A DNA stretch of 64,000 bases, from assembly GCA_028688955.1 (NCBI GenBank), contig JAQTXD010000004.1, forward strand, positions 8,249-72,248, given 5' to 3'. A program made the translations under genes and the position numbers. How positions within the stretch are numbered: the stretch's first letter is position 1; every line of letters starts with the position of its first letter. Under the pieces are notes generated by a model that saw only the letters and a list, made by a program, of their open reading frames with translations, was not told the origin of the DNA and did not search any database. Shown here piece after piece: positions 56,466 through 64,000 of this stretch. This stretch comes from Desulfuromonadaceae bacterium (GTDB lineage Bacteria > Desulfobacterota > Desulfuromonadia > Geobacterales > Pseudopelobacteraceae).

Positions 56466-58648
56466 ACCCGGCAAACAGTCCCATTGAAAAGCTGATTCTC
56501 ATTCTTGCCTGGGGTCTCTCCTCTCTGATTGCCGTGGTGGTTCCGGCAGCCTTTTTTTTTGTTTCTCACCAAAGCCTGAAGAGCTCACTTATCTCCCAGA
56601 CTGAACTTACGGTAAGTGCGGTAAACGGCATCATTCTTTCCAATCCGAAAATGTGGAGATTTGAAGAGGTCAGACTTTCTGAACTGCTTGAGCGGCGGGC
56701 GATGGATGAGGTTCAGCAGGTCGTGCAGATTACTGGTCTCTCGGGTGAACTTATCGCGACAAACAGCATCCACCTCTCCCCGCCGGTAACCGAATATGCT
56801 CGGGAAATCCACGATGCAGGCGCAGTAATCGGCCGCGTTACGGTAGCCCGTTCGCTCCGGCCGCTGCTGCAAAGAACGGCAATAATCACTGCAGGCTCGA
56901 TCATCTGCTCGGCTCTCATGTTCTTCTTTTTCCGGGCATTACCACTTCGTGTCGTTAAAAAAGCATTTCAGACGCTGCGGGAGAGCGAAAAGAAATATCG
57001 TTCCCTCTATGAAGCCATGAATGAAGGTATGGCGCTGCACCACATAGTGCTGGACGATAGAGGGAGTATTGCCACTATTACGGTGGTTGACATCAATCCG
57101 AGTTTTAAGTCCATGTTTCATGAAAGGCTCGGGATTGTAGGCAGCAACAGTTTCGAGTTGTTTGGAGAAACGTTCCGGGAATATGTCTCCGAGCACCTGT
57201 TGATTCTTGGCATGGGTGAGACCATTTCGTTTGAACTGGAGTTGCCCGGCACCGGAAATTTTTACAACGTTCAGGCTTTTTCTCCCGACCAGGGACTGAT
57301 TGCAACGTTGCTCGAAGACGTCACCGAAAGCAGGAAATCGGAACAGCAGATTCAAAAGATGGCGTACTTTGACACCTTGACCGGGCTTCCCAACCGGGCC
57401 CTGTTTCTTGACCGCATCAATCAGGCCTTAGCCCTTGCAGACCGGGATGAGGCCGGTCTGGCGGTGCTTTTTATCGATCTGGACCGCTTCAAAAATATTA
57501 ATGATACCCTGGGACATTCGGTCGGTGACCTCCTGCTGATTGAGGTCGCCCAGCGCCTCGGTCAGCACCTCCGCATCAGCGATACCCTGGCCCGCCTCGG
57601 TGGTGATGAGTTTGTCGTTGTCATAACGAAACTCGGTGAGCAGATGAATGTAACCTCCATAGCCCAGAAACTGATCGACTCGATTCAGACCCCTTTTGAC
57701 ATCAAGGGAAATGAACTGCATGTTTCTGCCAGCATTGGCATTGCGTTATATCCGGAGGATGGAGTTACAGCCGAAAACCTCATCAAACATGCAGATATGG
57801 CGATGTACTCGTCCAAGGAGTCAGGCCGTAATGCATATAGTTTCTTTTCCCCGGCCATGAACCAGAAAGCGATCATGCGCATGGAGAAAGAGACGGGGTT
57901 GCGCCACGCTCTGGAGCGGGGGGAATTTTTCATCGAGCTTCAGCCGATCATCTGTGCAGTAACGGGAACCGTAGCAGCAGCTGAGGCGCTCGTCCGCTGG
58001 CAGCATCCCGTCCATGGCAGAATTCCGCCCAATGATTTCATCTTTCTGGCCGAGGAAACAGGCCTGATTCTTCCTTTGGGCGAATGGGTGCTGCGGACGG
58101 TGTGCAGTACCATGAAAACCTGGAGTGATGCAGGCCTCCCTCTGATCAGGTTTTGCGTCAACGTTTCCAGCCGGCAGATTGAACAACAGAATTTTCCGGA
58201 GGTTGTGCGTTCGGTCTTGCTGGAAACAGGCGCCAATGCCGCCCAGCTTGAGATCGAGCTGACCGAAAGCTGCCTGGTTACCAACTTTGACGGCAGCATC
58301 CCGGATATATTCGGAATGCGGGATTGGGGAGTTACTATCGCCATTGATGACTTTGGCACCGGCTATTCGTCACTGGGCTATATTAAAACCCTGCCCATTG
58401 ATCATATCAAAATAGACAAATCATTTGTTGATGAGATCAGTACGAATTTTCAGGATCAGGCGATCGTGGAGGCGATCATCGCCATGTCACAAAAGCTCGG
58501 CATCAGGAATATTGCCGAAGGGGTCGAAACACGAGAGCAGCTGGAATTTCTCCAGAAACAGGGATGCGGCGAAATTCAGGGGTACTATTTCCACCGCCCG
58601 TTGTCACTTGAGGCATTTGAAACGTTGCTAAGGGAGCAGGTGGAATAG
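56462..58648 (+). CDS. Membrane-anchored PAS-GGDEF-EAL protein (diguanylate cyclase/phosphodiesterase)
   Basis: 728 aa. Two TM segments flank a periplasmic region of about 120 aa, followed by a PAS domain. The GGDEF motif is intact (RLGGDEFVVV) and the EAL motif is intact (EALVRWQHP). ATGA overlap with the binding-protein gene. Confidence 0.9.
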   Translation: MNPANSPIEKLILILAWGLSSLIAVVVPAAFFFVSHQSLKSSLISQTELTVSAVNGIILSNPKMWRFEEVRLSELLERRAMDEVQQVVQITGLSGELIATNSIHLSPPVTEYAREIHDAGAVIGRVTVARSLRPLLQRTAIITAGSIICSALMFFFFRALPLRVVKKAFQTLRESEKKYRSLYEAMNEGMALHHIVLDDRGSIATITVVDINPSFKSMFHERLGIVGSNSFELFGETFREYVSEHLLILGMGETISFELELPGTGNFYNVQAFSPDQGLIATLLEDVTESRKSEQQIQKMAYFDTLTGLPNRALFLDRINQALALADRDEAGLAVLFIDLDRFKNINDTLGHSVGDLLLIEVAQRLGQHLRISDTLARLGGDEFVVVITKLGEQMNVTSIAQKLIDSIQTPFDIKGNELHVSASIGIALYPEDGVTAENLIKHADMAMYSSKESGRNAYSFFSPAMNQKAIMRMEKETGLRHALERGEFFIELQPIICAVTGTVAAAEALVRWQHPVHGRIPPNDFIFLAEETGLILPLGEWVLRTVCSTMKTWSDAGLPLIRFCVNVSSRQIEQQNFPEVVRSVLLETGANAAQLEIELTESCLVTNFDGSIPDIFGMRDWGVTIAIDDFGTGYSSLGYIKTLPIDHIKIDKSFVDEISTNFQDQAIVEAIIAMSQKLGIRNIAEGVETREQLEFLQKQGCGEIQGYYFHRPLSLEAFETLLREQVE

Positions 58649-58689
58649 CGCTGGCGGGAATGCAGGAGTTTTTGCGATCGGCAGTGTTA

Positions 58690-60981
58690 TTACGCCCGTT
58701 CCAGTCCGGCAAACCGGAGCATAAGTTTTTTGGGCCCGACCGAGTTAAACCAGACGATCACCTTCTGCCCCTCATCCTCTCCCTCAATTTTTCGCACGAC
58801 GCCGACTCCAAACTTTCCGTGGCGCACTTTCATGCCGATGTAGACGCCATTCCCCTCGTCAGCTGGCTCCGGGATTGTTTCAATCTCGTCAATAAAAGCT
58901 CCGGCAATGGCGGCAAGGTTATGGTCGGGAACGACCGTTTCCGGGCAGGATGGAGCCGCACTTTCATTCCGCATACGCCCTGCAGTGCCGAACTGACACC
59001 GATCGGCGGCGGAGGGATAGGGTATGGCAAACGGCGCGTGACCGGAGCCTGTGGACGAATCGCCACTGTCATCCAGTAATGCCGGGGGTATATCCTTCAG
59101 AAAACGCGACGGCGGGTTGCACTGCTCCTGGCCGAACAGGTATCTCCGGCGGGCATTGAGGAGGTAGAGGCGTTCGCGGGCACGGGTCATGCCGACGTAG
59201 CAGAGGCGGCGTTCCTCTTCCATGCCATCCAGATCGTCCAGGGAACGGGCGTGGGGAAATAGGCGCTCCTCCATGCCGATTATGAATACCGCTTTGAACT
59301 CGAGTCCCTTGGCGGCGTGCAGTGTCATGAGCGTGACCGACGGTTGTCCGGCCTCGCCCTGCTCCAGATCGGAAACCAGTGATACCTGCTCCAGAAATTC
59401 CGATAATCCCGCGTCGGGGTTTTTTTCGCTGAATTCCTCAATCGCTGCAAGCAGCTGTTCAAGGTTTTCAAGCCGTTCGGCATCGTCTTCGTCGCGACTG
59501 TTCTTCAGGCGATCAAGATAGCCGCTCCGTTGCATGATCAGCCGTGCCAGCCCAGCCAGGCTTTCGCGAGAGGCGGTTTGGCGGAAATCCTCCAGCAGGG
59601 CAGCAAATGCGGTGACCTTGCTCCGGGGTGACGCGCTCAACAGACCATCCCTGGTTGCGTCCTGCAGGGCGGCGAAAAAAGTGCCGCCTTGTTGGGCCGC
59701 CTGCAATGAAATCCTGTCTACCGTCGTCGTGCCGATGCCTCGGGGCGGGACGTTAATGATGCGCTTCAGCGATACCTCATCCGCCGGGTTGTCCAGCACC
59801 CGCAGGTAGGCGAGGATATCCTTGACCTCCATCCGGGAATAGAAGCGGACGCCGCCGACAATATGGTAGGGAAGCGCATTTCCGACCAGCGCCTCCTCAA
59901 TCAGGCGCGACTGGGCATTGGTGCGGTAAAATACCGCCATCTCTTCAAGCAGGACGCTGCTGCAGCGCAGACGGGAGATCTCGCGGCTGACAAAGCGTGC
60001 TTCGTCCCGGTCGGATTCGACCCGCTCGTAGCGGATCTTTTCGCCAGTCGGATTTTCTGTCCAGAGTGTCTTTCCCTTCCGCCCGAAGTTCTGCTTGACG
60101 ACTTCACCCGCTGCCGCCAGGATTGTTGCCGTGGATCGGTAGTTCTGTTCCAGACGAATGATTTTAACGCCGGGGAAATCTTTCTCGAATTCAAGGATGT
60201 TGCGGATGTCGGCCCCGCGCCAGGAATATATCGACTGATCGTCGTCTCCAACTACACAGAGATTTTTGCGTTCCCCCGCCAACAGACGGATCAGGTTGTA
60301 CTGCACCGGGTTGGTGTCCTGATATTCATCCACCAGCAGCCACTGGAATCGCTCCCGGTAGTAGGAACAAACCTCAGGGAAATATGTCAGAAGGCGCACT
60401 GTCTGGATAATCATGTCGCCGAAATCAAGGGCGTTGCATTTTTTGAGGCGCTCCTGATAGACGCTGTAAATCTCGACGACTTTCTTGTTGTAGACATCGC
60501 CAGGCGCTATGGAGCCGATATCCTCCGGAAAGAGGCCACGGTTTTTGAAGTCGTCAATCCTCCCGGAAACCGTCTTGGCGGTAAAGCGCCTTTCATCCAG
60601 ATTCATTTCAGCGATGACATCTTTCAGCAAGCGGTCGCTATCGCGGTCGTCATAAATGGCAAAAGACGATAGGAAGCCGAGGTGGTGAATGTCGCGGCGC
60701 AGGATACGGCTGCAGGCGGCATGGAAGGTCGATATGAGTGGCAGCTCTCCACCTCCCATAAGTTTGCCGACTCGCTCGGCCATCTCCCGCGCAGCCTTAT
60801 TGGTAAAGGTCACTGCCATAATGTTCCACGGGCGGACGCCCCGTTCACAGATCAGCCAGGCGATGCGGTTGGTGATAACGCGGGTCTTGCCGGAGCCGGC
60901 GCCGGCAAGAATCAGCAGTGGTCCTTCGCCATGCAGTACGGCTTCCTTCTGGGGGGGGTTGAGATTGGAAAGTAGGTTCAT
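58690..60981 (-). CDS. UvrD/PcrA-family ATP-dependent DNA helicase
   Basis: 763 aa. LNPPQKEAVLHGEGPLLILAGAGSGKTRVITNRIAWL (Walker A), LLVDEYQDTN, and a C-terminal Tudor-like tail. Confidence 0.9.
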   Translation of the reverse strand: MNLLSNLNPPQKEAVLHGEGPLLILAGAGSGKTRVITNRIAWLICERGVRPWNIMAVTFTNKAAREMAERVGKLMGGGELPLISTFHAACSRILRRDIHHLGFLSSFAIYDDRDSDRLLKDVIAEMNLDERRFTAKTVSGRIDDFKNRGLFPEDIGSIAPGDVYNKKVVEIYSVYQERLKKCNALDFGDMIIQTVRLLTYFPEVCSYYRERFQWLLVDEYQDTNPVQYNLIRLLAGERKNLCVVGDDDQSIYSWRGADIRNILEFEKDFPGVKIIRLEQNYRSTATILAAAGEVVKQNFGRKGKTLWTENPTGEKIRYERVESDRDEARFVSREISRLRCSSVLLEEMAVFYRTNAQSRLIEEALVGNALPYHIVGGVRFYSRMEVKDILAYLRVLDNPADEVSLKRIINVPPRGIGTTTVDRISLQAAQQGGTFFAALQDATRDGLLSASPRSKVTAFAALLEDFRQTASRESLAGLARLIMQRSGYLDRLKNSRDEDDAERLENLEQLLAAIEEFSEKNPDAGLSEFLEQVSLVSDLEQGEAGQPSVTLMTLHAAKGLEFKAVFIIGMEERLFPHARSLDDLDGMEEERRLCYVGMTRARERLYLLNARRRYLFGQEQCNPPSRFLKDIPPALLDDSGDSSTGSGHAPFAIPYPSAADRCQFGTAGRMRNESAAPSCPETVVPDHNLAAIAGAFIDEIETIPEPADEGNGVYIGMKVRHGKFGVGVVRKIEGEDEGQKVIVWFNSVGPKKLMLRFAGLERA

Positions 60982-61158
60982 CGGGATGTTGTAGCCCGTC
61001 GGTCCTCCAGCGTCAAGTGTAAAGGAATGGCGGCTTTTTACATAAAATAGTCTTGAATGATGGAGCCGCCGGTTTGTAAATCAGTTTATGAATGGTATAT
61101 TACGAAGACAGCGTACCTATAGTTATGATCCATATTTAATTCTCATCGGGAGGTCCGG

Positions 61159-62808
61159 ATGAACGCAAGTATAAAAATGAAACTGATAGGAATTACCTCG
61201 CTACTGCTCATATTGATGATAGCTGTCGGAGTCATGGGGCTGTTCGGATTCTGGCAAAGTAATCAGCAGCTCAGGAAAGTATTTCAGGTCAACATGAAAA
61301 ATGGTGCCATTCTTTCGAAAATTGACGGACTTATGCGGGCAAACCGGATTCAGATGCTCCTTGCCCTCCAACATGACACAAGCAGCGAGTTCAGCGCCCT
61401 GCACGACCATTCGACATCCCAGCATACGGATCTTGCAAAAAAATATATGGCTGAAATAGATCAATTATGGAGTGAATATTCCGCCCGATTGACTGATCAA
61501 AAATCCCGGCAACTTGCTGACAGTTTTCACATGGAGAGAATAAAATATTTCAAGGATGGTATTGAACCTGCGATGGCTGCGGCCTCGTCAGGTGATTTTC
61601 ACGAAGCCTACCGTATTACGTTTGATGTGATTAACCCCACCATCCAGAAAGCCAACAGGGCTATGGAGGCGTTGATGCTGCATGAAGTCTCTCTAGCAGA
61701 AGAGCTGAACGGCTCCAGTCAAAAACGCTTTTCGCTCTATACGGCAACCATCATTGGCTCCATCGTCATTGCCTTTATTGTCGGTCTCTCTTCGGCTCTC
61801 ATTATAGTCTCGTCAATCGGGCGTTCGACTACGATTCTCAAGGAAACCGCACTGCAGCTTGCCTCAGGGAATCTTGTTGCCAGGGCAGCGGTTTCATCGC
61901 AGGATGAATTGGGGGTCATCGCCGGCAGTTTCAATCAGATTGCTGATACGCTTCAATCAGCAATGCAGCGAATCAGTTCCTGTTCCGATTCACTTACGGC
62001 AGCCGCTGCTGAATTACGGACCAGCGCCGAGCAGATTGCGACCGGCTCAGAAAACGTAGCCGCACAGGCAGCAACAGTTGCAACGGCGGGTGAGGAAATG
62101 GCTGCGACTTCGAATGATATTGCCAGAAATTGCGGTATGGCAGTGGAAAGTGCCAACCGTGCCTGCAGCACTGCGACGTCCGGAACCGACATTGTGCAGA
62201 ATACTGTCAGTGGTATGTCGCGTATTGCCGTCAAGGTCCAGGAAAGTACCCGTACTGTTGAACGTCTCGGAGAACGGTCTGACCAGATTGGTGCCATTAT
62301 CGGTACAATAGAAGATATCGCCGATCAGACCAATCTGCTGGCGCTTAACGCTGCCATTGAGGCGGCCCGTGCCGGTGAACAGGGGAGAGGTTTTGCAGTA
62401 GTGGCGGATGAAGTGCGTGCACTGGCAGAACGGACCACGCGGGCAACCAAGGAAATAAGTGGTATGATACAGGCCATCCAGGCTGAAACCCGCAGCGCTG
62501 TCTTAGTTATGGAGGAGGGAGTGCATGAGGTTGACCGCGGTACTGCAGACGCATCCAGTTCCGGCAGGGCACTTGAGGAAATTCTGGCCCAGGTGAATGA
62601 AGTAACCGGACAAATCCATCAGATTGCCACAGCGGCCGAAGAACAGACCGCAACGACAAATGAAATCAGCGGGAATATGCAACAGATCACAGACATCGTA
62701 CAGGAAACTGCCGCCAGTTCTCAGATGACCGCAGCTGCAGCCGGCCGTCTTGCCGACCTTGCCCAGGAGCTGCATGGAATTGTCAACCAGTTTCAGCACA
62801 AGTCTTGA
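61159..62808 (+). CDS. Methyl-accepting chemotaxis protein (paralogue of 45521-47161)
   Basis: 549 aa with the same 4-helix-bundle sensor type (LLALQHD...) and the same signalling hairpin [37 protein letters not shown]. Confidence 0.9.
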   Translation: MNASIKMKLIGITSLLLILMIAVGVMGLFGFWQSNQQLRKVFQVNMKNGAILSKIDGLMRANRIQMLLALQHDTSSEFSALHDHSTSQHTDLAKKYMAEIDQLWSEYSARLTDQKSRQLADSFHMERIKYFKDGIEPAMAAASSGDFHEAYRITFDVINPTIQKANRAMEALMLHEVSLAEELNGSSQKRFSLYTATIIGSIVIAFIVGLSSALIIVSSIGRSTTILKETALQLASGNLVARAAVSSQDELGVIAGSFNQIADTLQSAMQRISSCSDSLTAAAAELRTSAEQIATGSENVAAQAATVATAGEEMAATSNDIARNCGMAVESANRACSTATSGTDIVQNTVSGMSRIAVKVQESTRTVERLGERSDQIGAIIGTIEDIADQTNLLALNAAIEAARAGEQGRGFAVVADEVRALAERTTRATKEISGMIQAIQAETRSAVLVMEEGVHEVDRGTADASSSGRALEEILAQVNEVTGQIHQIATAAEEQTATTNEISGNMQQITDIVQETAASSQMTAAAAGRLADLAQELHGIVNQFQHKS

Positions 62809-62841
62809 CTCGATGTAATGGAACGTCATACGAATCCAGAC

Positions 62842-62874
62842 AAATAAAGCCCGGCGCTCTGCCGGGCTTTATTT
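62842..62874. terminator. Bidirectional intrinsic terminator between mcp and gdhA
   Basis: AAATAAAGCCCGGC pairs with GCCGGGCTTTATTT (14 bp) around a GCTCT loop. A/T tracts lie on both sides. Confidence 0.8.
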
Positions 62875-62896
62875 GCATGTCAGACCCTGAAGTGGA

Positions 62897-64000
<1,104 letters not shown>

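Overview
This is a 64-kb chromosomal window with no rRNA, tRNA, CRISPR array or mobile element that I could find. Gene content suggests a diazotrophic Desulfuromonadales/Geobacter-like deltaproteobacterium: a fused nifEN, an ANTAR regulator beside nif genes, and dense PAS/GGDEF/HD-GYP/Che signalling. That assignment is inference, not a search result.

Gene order from left to right:
- 1-2238: a SWIM zinc-finger gene running off the left edge (absent from the ORF track) and a rhomboid protease.
- 2385-11504: a tight seven-gene operon: PBP1 lipoprotein, hybrid histidine kinase, corrinoid protein, URO-D-type methyltransferase, DUF1638, a second hybrid histidine kinase, and an ANTAR response regulator.
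- 11571-12491: draG, with no draT in the window.
- 12703-16626: a sigma-54 promoter and leader terminator in front of nifB, then GNAT, nifV, a small HTH protein with a Cys/Gly tail, an unknown gene and a TARG1-like macrodomain gene.
- 16699-22777: a six-gene amidoligase/peptidase cluster: circularly permuted ATP-grasp, alpha-E, transglutaminase, two AstE/AspA-type genes and a GATase1.
- 22812-23430: cowN preceded by a Cys-rich zinc-ribbon gene.
- 23600-30040: TetR plus an RND efflux tripartite pump.
- 30139-34132: an mla-type lipid transport operon with an embedded TolC-like gene.
- 34325-41782: cspA-like, ygiQ, argC, rpsI-rplM and gatCAB.
- 41796-52395: a chemosensory and c-di-GMP signalling stretch: cheY, cheA, lolA-like, yajQ, mcp, cheW, a frameshifted small gene, HDOD, a hybrid kinase and an HD-GYP regulator.
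- 52527-55286: fused nifEN with its own sigma-54 promoter.
- 55620-64000: a PstS-like binding protein coupled to a GGDEF-EAL protein, a UvrD/PcrA helicase, a second mcp, and gdhA running off the right edge.

The most interesting items:
1. The corrinoid/methyltransferase cassette embedded in a two-kinase ANTAR signalling operon next to nif genes.
2. The nifB leader terminator overlapped by an ANTAR-type hexaloop hairpin, with a related motif in the nifEN leader.
3. The macrodomain and Cys-tail HTH passengers of the nifB operon.
4. The extended ATP-grasp/alpha-E/transglutaminase cluster.
5. The Cys-rich partner of cowN.

All functional calls come from motif and family recognition by eye. No database search was run.
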